Assembly: GCF_035594765.1 (NCBI RefSeq)
Contig: NW_026943821.1
Coordinates: forward strand, 2,041,105-2,105,104
Length of the DNA stretch: 64,000 nt
Direction of reading: 5' to 3'
From: Anolis carolinensis
Lineage: Eukaryota
Shown: piece by piece, positions 49,941-62,044 of the stretch
How positions within the stretch are numbered: position 1 is the first letter of the stretch
How the letters are laid out: the number at the start of each line of letters is the position of its first letter
Made by a program: the position numbers and the translations under genes
The notes under the pieces: model-generated
The model's database searches: none
What the model was told of the DNA's origin: nothing
What the model saw: only the letters and a program-made list of their open reading frames with translations

Positions 49941-50770
49941 TGAGGCTTGGATAAGTGAGACTCTACTGTATTATTATTATTACATGTATTATTTTACTCT
50001 ATTATTATTAAAAGGATACATAAGCACATTTCTATTGAAGAAGATGAGAGGAATGATTTGATCAGAGTTGGACAGTCTTACCCTAAATTTGAGCTTTATG
50101 TAAATATTCAAAAACATTTAACCTACTGATGCCTCCATAGAGTCTCACTTATCCAACATAAACGGGCCGGCAGAACGTTGGATAAGCGAATATGTTGGAT
50201 AATAAGGAGAGATTAAGAAAAAGCCTATTAAACATCAAAATAGGTTATGATTTTACAAATTAAGCACCAAAACATCATGTTATACAACAAATTTGACAGA
50301 AAAAGTAGTTCAATACGCAGTAATGCTATGTAGTAATTACTGTATTTACGAATTTGGCACCAAAATATCACGACATATTGAAAACATTGACTACAAAAAT
50401 GCGTTGGATAATCCAGAACATTGGATAAGCGAGTGTTGGATAAGTGAGACTCTACTGTATCTATTTTTATTTTTGTAATTTACCACTCTCGGCTTATACT
50501 TGAGTCAATGTTTTCCCAGTTTTTTTTGTGGTAAAATTAGGTGCCTCGGCTTATATTCGGGTTGGCTTATACTCGAGTATATACGGTAAATTAAATATGC
50601 TATCCCTTGAATAGGAGCTCCCTGTGCTCTTGAAGTAGCTTCCCCTTTGGCATCGCACCCTGCCCATCGCAGTCAGCAATTAGGCCTTTTCTTAAAAAGA
50701 TTTGTGTAAGTCTTGTCTCTTCCCTTGCAGTCAATCCTTTTCCAAACTGAAATCCCGGCAAGCCGTAGAG

Positions 50771-51474
50771 CAGGTGTCCCCAAACTAAGGCCCGGGGGCC
50801 GGATGCGGCCCTCCAAGGTCACTTACCTGGCCCCCACCCTCAGTTTTATAATATAATATTTTTATATCAGTTTTAATAATATAATATATTGTAGATACAT
50901 ATAATATTGATAATAATCTTATGTTATACAATATAATACTAATAGTAATACCATATAATAATATTAATTATATGTTATATATTACATATTATATAATAGT
51001 ATAGTGGTATAGTTCAATATAGTAATATATAATGCTAATATTGTGTTATGCTAATAATATAATATATTGTATGTACATACAGCTGCTCTGAGTCCCCTTC
51101 GGGGTGAGAAGGGCGGGATATAAATGTAATAAATAAATGCAGTAAATAATAATTAATTTTAGACTTAGGCTCGGCCAAAGTCTGACATGACTTGAAGGCA
51201 CACAACAACAACAATCCTAATCAACTTGACTATCTCATTGGCCAGAAGTAGTCCCACACTTTCCATTGAAATCCTAATAGGTTTATGTTGGTTAAAATTG
51301 TTTTCATTTTTAAATATTGTATTGTTCTTTCGTTGTTGTTGTTGTTGCACTACAAATAAGACATGTGCAGTATGTAAAGGAATTTGTATTTTTTTTTTCA
51401 AATGATAATTCGGCCCCTCAACAGTCTGAAGGATTGGGGACCGGCCCTCTGCTTAAAAAGTTTGGGGACCCCTG
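50771..51474. mobile_element. Non-autonomous hAT element
   Basis: Same family as 29720. 8-bp TSD CCGTAGAG/CCGCAGAG. A third copy starts at about 63283. Confidence 0.88.
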
Positions 51475-51744
51475 CCGCAGAGTATTACATGTGTGGAAGA
51501 GACCACACGCTTCCGCCGTGCAAAGCGGGCTCTTGTGCACTCACCATAGTCGGAGCCGGTGGGTTTCTCCGAAGCGACGATGGGCACAAGGACGTGAGAA
51601 ATCCTCAAACGTTGCTTTTGATCTTGGGCCGCCTTCTTATCTCTGAGCCGTGGGCAGGAAGTCTTCTGAGGTTTTCTTCTTCGGTCTGGTGAACCAAAGG
51701 GGGAAGGATCTCACCTTGGCATCGCACCCTGCCCATCGCAGGCA

Positions 51745-54380
51745 GCAATTAGGCCTTTTCTTAAAAAGGCATCCCTGGATCCATCTACTCTTAACAACTA
51801 TAGACCAATTTCCAATCTCCCTTTCTTGGGCAAGGTACTGGAGAGGGTGGTTGCTTCTCAGCTCCAGGGATTCTTGGACGACACTGATTTTCTGGACCAT
51901 TCACAGTCCGGCTTCAGGCCTGGGCACAGCACTGAGACGGCTTTGGTCGCCTTGGTGGACGACCTCCGCAGAGAGCTGGACAGGGGGAGTGTGTCCCTTC
52001 TGGTTCTCTTGGACATCTCAGCGGCTTTCGATACCATCGACCATGGTATCCTTCTGGGACGGCTCTCTGGGATGGGCCTTTGTGATGACTCATGGGCCAT
52101 GTAGTCCCGTTCCTAGTACTGTTGTGACAGATGAAGAGGAAAACTTGGGTTTCCCACCGTTTCTGCCAGATTTGGAGCCCTTGCAGCTGCAAGATGTTTG
52201 CCCACAAGAAGTCAGGCAAACAAGCCTTGAGCAGAAATCTCCCCCATTTTCTCGCCGCCTTTATTATAATCGAGATAGAAGCGCTCGGGAGGCGACTCGC
52301 AGGAGCGCCAGGATAGCTGCCAGACAATTAGATGATTAAGTCTGTTTCCCTTGGGAAAGTTTAAGGAGTCCTGCATCTGGACACAGAATAGGTTTCGTTT
52401 CTTGTTCCCCAGAGAAAGTGTTCTTTGGCGGGAAAACAAGATCCTATATAGGTGTTTGGCCACTAGGATTCCATGCGGAGTCAATTCGTCAGCTTCGGGA
52501 GTAGATTGTGTGTGGACTACGCTACTCCAGTTTCCAGGACCTTTCTCTCGTTCCAGCCCTGCCTTGTTTCCCGGACCCCGCCACGGATTTCGCCATGGAC
52601 CCTGTTCTTGTTCCTCGTTTCTTGTTGCCTTGAATCAAGCCTCGTTTGCCAAGGATCTAGTTTGTTCTCCAGCCTTACATCAAGTTCCATGGACTAAAGG
52701 ACCTTGTCATTTCCCCTCACTTTGCTTGGCAAAGTGTGTGTTTCGGTTATTGGATTACAACTTTGGACTTTAATATCTCATATTGGACATTGTTTTCCTG
52801 GACTATATTTGACCTTTCCTGAAAGGTCTACTTCTGAACTATATTCTACACTTGTTTTTATTGACTTTATATATTTCTTTAATAAAGATATTAGATAGAT
52901 TCTGGCTTCTGCATATGGTTATTGGTGCTCTGCAGCCTGGGTCCTGACAGCCTTGGAGGCACTGCGCTCCAGTGGCTCCAGTCCTTCCTGGAGGGCCGTT
53001 CCCAGTTGGTGAAGCTGGGTGATACCTGCTCGGACCCCTGGCCTTTGACCTGTGGGGTCCCGCAAGGTTCCATTTTGTCCCCCATGCTCTTTAACATCTA
53101 CATGAAACCGCTGGGCGAGGTCATCCGGAGTTTTGGAGTTGGGTGCCATCTCTACGCAGATGACACCCAACTCTACTACTCAATTCCACTTAATTCCAAG
53201 GAAGCTCCTCAGATACTGGACCAGTGTCTGGCCGCTGTATTGGCCTGGATGAGGGCGAACAAGCTGAAGCTCAATCCTGACAAGACAGAGGTCCTCGAGG
53301 TCAGTCGCAAGTCTGATCGGGGTATTGGGTGGCAACCTGTGCTCGATGGGGTCGCACTCCCCCTGAAGGCGCAGGTCCATTGCAGTTTGGGGGTCCTCCT
53401 GGACTCATCACTGACACTTGAGGCTCAGGTGTCGGCGGTGGCCGGGAGGGCCTTTGCACAATTAAAGCTTGTGCACCAGCTGCGACCGTACCTCGTGAAG
53501 TCTGACTTGGCCACGGTGGTCCACACCTTAGTCACCTCTAGACTGGATTATTGCAATGCGCTCTACGTGGGGTTGCCCCTGAAGACGGCCCGGAAACTTC
53601 AGTTAGTCCAACGTGCGGCTGCCAGGTTGTTAACTGGAGCAAACTACAGGGAGAGATCTACTCCCCTGTTTAAGGAGCTCCACTGGCTACCGATTATTTT
53701 CCGGTTCCAATTCAAAGTGCAGGTTCTTACCTATAAAACCCTAAACGGTTTGGGACCCGCCTACCTTTGTGACCGCATCTCCCGCTATGAACCCACTCGT
53801 CCTCTTCGTTCATCCGGTAGGGCACTTCTTTCGCTCCCGCCACCATCCCAGGCTCGGTTGGCGGGGACGAGGGAGCAGGCCTTTTCTATTGTTGCTCCCC
53901 GGATCTGGAATTCCCTTCCGGAGGAGATCCGGCAAGCACCCACCCTGGCTTCCTTCAAAAAGCTGCTTAAAATCTGGCTCTTCCGCTGCGCCTTTGGATA
54001 ACCGAGCCCATAGCTAAAGTAGTTGCACAGGCCTTCTCTTTGACTTGAAACATTGCACTATATTCCTCTGCCCCAAAGTATCTTAGAATATCACATTGTA
54101 TATTAGTTCTAGTGGTCCCTCCAGGCCATCCTCTCCTCCATCCCAGTGGTCTTTTTTCTTTGCAGATTCATATGTTATTTGAGTGATGATATTCCTTCTG
54201 CTTCTGTGATTTAGTCAATTGTTATGTTTTGTTTTCGTTTCTAATTCTTATAGCGTTTTATAGTGTTTTCAGTGTTTTATTGTACAATGTTTTATGCTGA
54301 TTTTATATTGGAAACCGCCCTGAGTCCCTTTCAGGAGAGAGGGCGGTATACAAATAAACTTTTACTTACTACTTACTTAC
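51745..54380 (+). mobile_element. 5'-truncated L2 LINE
   Basis: [52 protein letters not shown] and LHWLP motifs. L2 3' end with (TTAC)n tail. The frame rejoins (SGMGL|GGTALQW) when the LTR is removed. Confidence 0.92.
52081..52949 (+). mobile_element. Solo LTR, 869 bp, probably Gypsy-type, inside the L2
   Basis: TGTGATGAC...GTCCTGACA termini, 5-bp TSD GCCTT (52076-52080 and 52950-52954), TATATA near 52445, AATAAA at 52881. Confidence 0.9.
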
Positions 54381-54592
54381 CCTGATCCTCGAGAACAAGC
54401 GCCCTGCGATGTCAGAAGCCAAAGGAGTGCCTCTGTCCATGCGCAGAGTGCATTTCCCCTCTTGCCGTGCACCATCGCATCAAGGAATCCATGAAAAGAG
54501 CACCGCTGCTAAGAATTCCTACCACATTTGGTAGGAATAGATCCCAGTCTACAAGGGCTGCATTTGGAGCACTGTATTTAACTTGTAAAATA

Positions 54593-55070
54593 CTAGCTGT
54601 GCCCGGCCACGTGTTGCTGTGGCTTATGGGTATCATTTGTTGACCAGGTGGAATAGCAGTGAATAGCCTTGCAGCCTCAAAGCCTGGCCGTTTTCTGGAG
54701 TAGCTGGAGTAGCACCCTCAATCAAAGAGCCACTTTGAAGCCTGGCTAGTCTACACTGCAATATAATCCATTTCAAATCAGGCAATCTGTATTTTATAGA
54801 GGCCTGACTGAAGAGGCCCTGGGTGCCATTAAATGGTCAAGTTGGTTGCTAGGAGACAAAGTGGGCGGAGCTTACGCTTCTAATTGGCAGCAATGGGAAA
54901 AAGACAGTTATTCCTCTCCTTCTAATTATGACTTAATTTTTCTTGATTTTAATGTCTAAACACAGTCCGGATGACCATGTCTTTTGTGGCCAAGTTTCGT
55001 GTGTTTTGGTTGTTTAGTTTTGTTGTTTACCTTAAAGCAGAAACCAGCAGAACATTTTTATATACATAGA
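54593..55070 (-). mobile_element. Non-autonomous Helitron
   Basis: CTAGCTGTGCCCGGCCAC terminus as in the other copies. A second 3' end at about 55389-55530. Confidence 0.72.
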
Positions 55071-56377
55071 GTCTCACTTATCCAAGACTCGCTTATCCAA
55101 GCTTCTGGATTATCCAAGCCATTTTTGTAGTCAATGTTTTCAATATATCATGATATTTTGGTGCTAAATTCGTAAATACAGTAATTACAACATAACATTG
55201 TTACGTATTGAACTACGTTTTCTGTCAAATTTGTTGTATAACATGATGTTTTTGGGGCTTAATTTGTAAAATCATAACCTAATTTGATGTTTAATAGGCT
55301 TTTCCTTAATCTCTCCCTATTATCCAAGATATTCGCTTATCCAAGGTTCTACCGGCCCGTTTAGCTTGGATAAGTGAGACTCTACTGTACTAGCTTTGCC
55401 CGGCCATGCGTTGCAGTGGCTTATGGGAATCATTTGTTGGCCAGGTGGAATAGCAGTGAATAGCCTTGCAGCCTCAAAGCCTGGGCATTTTCAGGAGTAG
55501 CTGGAGTAGCACCCTCAATCAAAGAGCCGCTGATGCCTCAATTAATGTAACTTTATTGGTATCTGTTTTTATTTCTGAAATTTACCGCTCTCAGCTTATA
55601 ATGGAGTCAGTGTTTTCCCAGGTAAAATTAGGTGCCTCGGCTTATATTCGGGTCGGCTTATACTCGACTATATACGGTACGTAAACCCATTGAACTATAG
55701 CATTGGAAGGTCATCTAGTCTGACCCTATCCTGCCAGACATGGATAAACCCTATTCTGAAGCCCAACCAAAGAGTTTTTGTTAAAAGACTGTTCATTAAC
55801 TTCTTGTTTGTGAGACGGTTGTTGACTCAGTCTATCTGGATGATCTTCTTATCTCTCCATCTTCGCACCTGTCTGCCTCTGATCAAACTCGATTCTGCTT
55901 TGCGTTCATGTAGGATCGACACATGGAGGTTTCGTTTTCACACCTCTTTCTCGTGAAAACGGGCAAGTTTTTTTTTTTCTTCTGCTTCTTCCGCCTTGCG
56001 GTCTCCCGATTTTGCCGCTTTGCACTTTGCTTCCTTAGCAAACGGGTGAAAGCAAGCAAAATGAAAAAGTGATTTTACAGACATAGTTCAAGACGGTCTA
56101 TTTCTTCGAACCCACTTAACAGAAGTGAAGTAACATTCCTTTTAATAGACTGAAGTACCAACTATAGATTGAAGATTGAAGTACCAACTATACCGCTCCA
56201 GGGCACTGAACATGTTTTAATTGTTATTAAATTGTTGTTGTTGTATGCTTTTTCTCGATGTACTTATTGCTGTGTTTGCATTTGTTTTTACTGTTGTATT
56301 TTTATATTGTTTGGGCATGATCCCTTTGTGAGCCGCCCCGAGTCCCCTTGGGGAGATGAGGTGGGATATAAGAATAA

Positions 56378-56430
<53 letters not shown>

Positions 56431-56441
56431 AGGGCAAAATA

Positions 56442-58808
56442 CAAGGGTTGAATGAAAAGTAATGCCTCCACCTTTGTTACTTGGGTTTGGATGGGAATAT
56501 TTTAATAAATCAAATGCAGAAATAATCCTTAGAATGTGCTCTTTAACGACCACTATTCACTTTTCCACATACACACCAGACAATAGGATACATTTCTGCC
56601 AACGATGAAGCCGTCACGGAAGAAGTCGACACTCTGTTTCCGCAACCGGCGTCTCACAGGACCCATCATGCACAGATCTTCCGACAGCCAAGCAAAGCAA
56701 TAATGTGACCCACACGTACTTGTGAAATGCCGATTAGGCTTGAAATTTCTCTCTGAGTGATACGACGATGGTCCTGAATCAATCTGTCAACCTTTTGCTT
56801 GTGCAACTCGGTGGTTGCTGTCACAGGACGTCCAACTCTTTGTTTGTCACGCAAGTCAGATGTTCCCACCTCAACATCTTTAAACTTACTCGCCCAACGA
56901 CGCACAGGACTCACATCCACACAATCCCAATAAACATCTTGCATTCTCTGATGGATCTCCTTTGGGGTGACACCTTCTGCGGTCAAGAATTCAGTGACTG
57001 CACGTTGCTTAAGTTGCATTGACCTACCATCTACACAGGGTTCCATACTTCGCACTTCAACAACACAACTGTTCAATGCTAAGGCTTCCCCGTCTGCGCA
57101 GGGTTCCATACTTGGCACTTTAACAACACAACCGTTCAATGCTAAGGCTTCCCCGTCTGCGCAGGGTTCCATACTTGGCACTTTAACAACACAACTGTTC
57201 AATGCTAAGGCTTCCCCGTCTGCGCAGGGTTCCATACTTCGCCCTTTAACAACACAACTGTTCAATGCTAAGGCTTCCCCGTCTGCGCAGGGTTCCATAC
57301 TTCGCCCTTTAACAACACAACTGTTCAATGCTAAGGCTTCCCCGTCTGCGCAGGGTTCCATACTTCGCCCTTTAACAACACAACTGTTCAATGCTAAGGC
57401 TTCCCCGTCTGCGCAGGGTTCCATACTTCGCCCTTTAACAACACAACTGTTCAATGCTAAGGCTTCCCCGTCTGCGCAGGGTTCCATACTTCGCCCTTTA
57501 ACAACACAACCGTTCAATGCTAAGGCTTCCCCGTCTGCGCAGGGTTCCATACTTGGCACTTTAACAACACAACCGTTCAATGCTAAGGCTTCCCCGTCTG
57601 CGCAGGGTTCCATACTTGGCACTTTAACAACACAACCGTTCAATGCTAAGGCTTCCCCGTCTGCGCAGGGTTCCATACTTCGCCCTTTAACAACACAACT
57701 GTTCAATGCTAAGGCTTCCCCATCTGTACAGGGTTCCATACTTGGCACTTTAACAACACAACCGTTCAATGCTAAGGCTTCCCCGTCTGCGCAGGGTTCC
57801 ATACTTGGCACTTTAACAACACAACTGTTCAATGCTAAGGCTTCCCCGTCTGCGCAGGGTTCCATACTTCGCCCTTTAACAACACAACTGTTCAATGCTA
57901 AGGCTTCCCCGTCTGCGCAGGGTTCCATACTTCGCCCTTTAACAACACAACTGTTCAATGCTAAGGCTTCCCCGTCTGCGCAGGGTTCCATACTTCGCCC
58001 TTTAACAACACAACTGTTCAATGCTAAGGCTTCCCCGTCTGCGCAGGGTTCCATACTTCGCCCTTTAACAACACAACTGTTCAATGCTAAGGCTTCCCCG
58101 TCTGCGCAGGGTTCCATACTTCGCCCTTTAACAACACAACTGTTCAATGCTAAGGCTTCCCCGTCTGCGCAGGGTTCCATACTTGGCACTTTAACAACAC
58201 AACCGTTCAATGCTAAGGCTTCCCCGTCTGCGCAGGGTTCCATACTTCGCCCTTTAACAACACAACTGTTCAATGCTAAGGCTTCCCCGTCTGCGCAGGG
58301 TTCCATACTTCGCCCTTTAACAACACAACTGTTCAATGCTAAGGCTTCCCCGTCTGCGCAGGGTTCCATACTTGGCACTTTAACAACACAACCGTTCAAT
58401 GCTAAGGCTTCCCCGTCTGCGCAGGGTTCCATACTTGGCACTTTAACAACACAACTGTTCAATGCTAAGGCTTCCCCGTCTGCGCAGGGTTCCATACTTC
58501 GCCCTTTAACAACACAACTGTTCAATGCTAAGGCTTCCCCATCTGTACAGGGTTCCATACTTGGCACTTTAACAACACAACCGTTCGATGCTAAGGCTTC
58601 CCCGTTTGTGCAGGGTTCCATACTTTGTCCTTTAACAACACAACCGTTCAATGCGAAGGCTTCCCTGTCTGCGCAGGGTTCCATACTTCGCCCTTTAACA
58701 ACACAACCGTTCAATGCTAAGGCTTCCTGCCAAATGGAACTATAGAGGAGAGCCACATACCAGGACTGCCAGGACATGGTGGAGGCATTACTTTTTATTC
58801 AACCATTG
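56442..58808 (-). mobile_element. Internally deleted mariner transposon carrying an expanded 63-bp array
   Basis: 31-bp TIRs (CAAGGGTTGAATGAAAAGTAATGCCTCCACC, 2 mismatches) flanked by TA. Minus-strand transposase HTH (KQRAVTEFL...VRRWASKFK...GRP) joined to the C-terminus (WQKC...YVEK). No catalytic core. Confidence 0.9.
57030..58727. repeat. 63-bp minisatellite, about 27 copies
   Basis: 21-codon periodicity in ORFs 56666-58777 (-) and 56967-58745 (+). Confidence 0.95.
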
Positions 58809-59399
58809 TATAAAGGTTTGTTTTTGGAGGTTTTCAAGTATCTGTGGATACTGAATCCGTGGATACCGAGTCTGTGGGTACGGAGGTCTGGCTATAGATA
58901 GGAAGGCAGATTAACAGATAGAGGCTTTTGAGTCATTTCCAACTTACGGTGAGCCTAAAAGGAAGCCATTGTGCCCATTTCATGACAAGCCTTGTTGTCT
59001 ACCCTTGAGGCTGAGAGAGTGTGACTGGCCCCTCGCCATCCAACAGGTCTTCATGGGGATTCGAACCTAGAATTTTCATCCAAAAATGCAAACCATGTTG
59101 GTGCTTTCATGGACAAGATTTTGCCCAAAGGAGGTTTGCCATTTGAGGCTGAGAGAGTGCGACTTGCAGACGGCTAGAGCCAAGCAGAAATCCAAACCTT
59201 AGTCCAATATCCAAGTCTTTGAGTCGACTCTCTTCATTGTATGCTTTATTTAGAAGTATTAAGCTCCCTCCAACTTTTATAAAGCAAAAATCTAAATACT
59301 TGCATCTAAATATTGTTATTTTTTTCCGGCAAGAACTTGCTTTGGCTTTGGATAGAATGGATGTGGTTTGGCCCCACTTGAACTGCTGCGGCTGAATGC

Positions 59400-60300
59400 G
59401 ATGGATTCCTGGGAGTTGTAGTTTTTCCCTCTACGGTGGAGAAGGCAAAAGGCTTAATGTGACAGAATCCTGAGAGTTGTAGTTTCAAATAAAGGCACTT
59501 ATATGCTGTAGAATTAATGCATGGGAGTTGTAGTTTTGCCTTCTTTGGCGGAAAAGGCTAAAGGCTTAATGTGACGGAATCCTGGGAGTTGTAGTTTCAA
59601 ATAAGGGCACTTATACGCTGTAGAATTAATGCATGGGAGTTGTAGTTTTGCCTTCTTTGGTGGAAAAGGCTAAAGGCTTAATGTGATGGAATCCTGGGAG
59701 TTGTAGTTTCAAATAAGGGCATTTATACGCTGTAGAATGAATGCATGGGAGTTGTAGTTTTGCCTTCTTTGGGGGGAAAGGCTAAAGACTTAATGCGATG
59801 GAATCCTGGGAGTTGTAGTTTATCCACGCATTAACTGCTATACCTCAATTGCTATGGAACCCATTCTGAGAGTTGTAGTTTTACAAAGTCTTTGTTCTAA
59901 TCTGCCCCCAAAGAGTGCCAAACTACAACTCCCAATATCCCGTGGTATTCCGCCATTGATATTTAAAGTTTAATTCTGCAACATCGATGTAGAACTAATG
60001 CATGGGAATTGTAGTTTGCCCTCTTGAACAGAGAAGGCGAAAGGCTTAATGCGATGGAATCCTGGGAGTTGTAGTTTTACTAAGGACGCATCTATGCAGT
60101 TTGACCACGCATGAACTGCTATGTCTCTATTGCTATGTAACCGATCCTGAGAGTTGTAGTTTTACAAGGCCTTTGTTCTAATCTGCCCCCAGAGAGTGCC
60201 AAACTACAACTCCCAATATCCCGTGGTATTCAGCCATTGGTATTTAAGTTTAATTCTGCAGTGTCGATGTGCCCTTAGTGAAACTACTACTCCCAGGATT
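59400..60300. repeat. About 112-bp tandem units plus a larger duplication
   Basis: Repeated GGGAGTTGTAGTTT-containing units at about 59461, 59573 and 59685. About 59790-59990 recurs at about 60045-60270. Confidence 0.75.
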
Positions 60301-61101
60301 TGATAGCATTGGATGTACAGTAGAGTCTCACTTATCCAAGCTAAACAGGTCGGCAGAAGCTTGGATAAGCGAATATCTTGGATAATAAGGAGGGATTAAG
60401 GAGAAGCCTATTAAACATCAAATTAGGTTGTGATTTTACAAATTAAGCACCAAAACTTCATGCTATACAACAAATTTAACAGAAAAAGTAGTTCAATACG
60501 CACGCAGTAATGTTATGCTGTAATTACTGTATTTATGAATTTAGCACCAAAATATCACGATATATTGAAAACATTGACTACAAAAATGGCTTGGATTATC
60601 CAGAGGCTTGGATAAGTGAGACTCTACTGTAGTTCAAGTGGGGCCAAACTGCATTCATTTCTATCTGTCCATTAATCTCCTGGCGAATAAGTGAGTAAAA
60701 TTGGACCTACCATGAGGTTAATCCAGGCTGAGGTTAGTCCACTTCGCTGCTGCAGAACGGGAAAGAGCACCATCCCAAAACGATGTTTGGAGCCCCCTTT
60801 TTGGTTCCAGCTTTGGGCCAAAAAAGTCCAAAACGTAAGACCACCCACCCTTAAAATAACCAATAGGACCCAGGACCCTAATGTCGAAACCGATGCCAAC
60901 ACAGAAGAGGAACGAAGACCCGAAAGTCCCAACTTCCCCACTGACACGGAACACAAAAGGTGGTGCCCCAGAACCCTCCCATTCCTTAGCAGACAAAGAA
61001 GGAACTTTGTGGCTTGGGTCTAAGGTTCCCCTTTGCAGCAGTGGGGAAGAGGAGGGAGAACTACAAATCCCACTCTCTCGCCCTATTGAAATGAAGGGCT
61101 T

Positions 61102-61259
61102 CTGGACCAAGGATACCATAGAGTCATACTGGAGGACCTAGGAAATGCCTAGGAAGGGCAGATTATAATTTTGGAGATTTGATCAATCAGTCATATGAAA
61201 GGCATATACTGTAGTAGTTTTAAACTTGTAAGCCACGCAATCCCGAAACTAGGAAGACA

Positions 61260-61312
<53 letters not shown>

Positions 61313-61900
61313 GTAGAGTCTCACTTATCCAACATTCTGGATTATCCAACACATTTTTGTAGTCAATGTTTTCAATACATCGTGATATTTTGGTGCTAAA
61401 TTTGTAAATACAGTAATTACGACATAACATTACTGCGTACTGAACTACTTTTTCTGTGAAATTTGTTGTAAAACATGATGTTTTGGCGCTTAATTTGTAA
61501 AATCTGGACCAAGGATACCATAGAGTCATACTGGAGGACCTAGGAAATGCCTAGGAAGGGCAGATTATAATTTTGGAGATTGATCAATCAATCATATGAA
61601 AGGCATATATATAGTAGTTTTAAACTTGTAAGCCACGGAATCCCGAAACTAGGGGAAACTGTGTGTGTGTGTGTGTATACATACAGTAGAGTCTCGCTTA
61701 TCCAACACTCGCTTATCCAACGTTCTGGAATATCCAACACATTTTTGTAGTCAATGTTTTCAATGCATTGTGATATTTTGGTGCTAAATTCGTAAATACA
61801 GTAATTACTACATAGCATTACGGTGTAACGAACTACTTTTTCTGTCAAATTTGTTGTATAACATGATGTTTTGGTGCTTAATTTGTAAAATCATAACCTA
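61102..61900. repeat. About 400-bp tandem duplication including a MITE half
   Basis: CTGGACCAAGGATACCATAGAGTCATACTGGAGGACC at 61102 and 61504. Confidence 0.85.
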
Positions 61901-61993
61901 ATTTAATGTTTAATAGGCTTTTTCCTTATTATCCAACATATTCGCTTATCCAACGTTCTGCCGGTCCGTTTACGTTGGATAAGCGAGACTCTA

Positions 61994-62044
<51 letters not shown>

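Noticed and set aside
60690-61100. Unique GC-richer island with ORFs and an NF-kB-like CGAAAGTCCC
   Set aside because: No recognisable protein or splice structure. A single motif is too weak to call.
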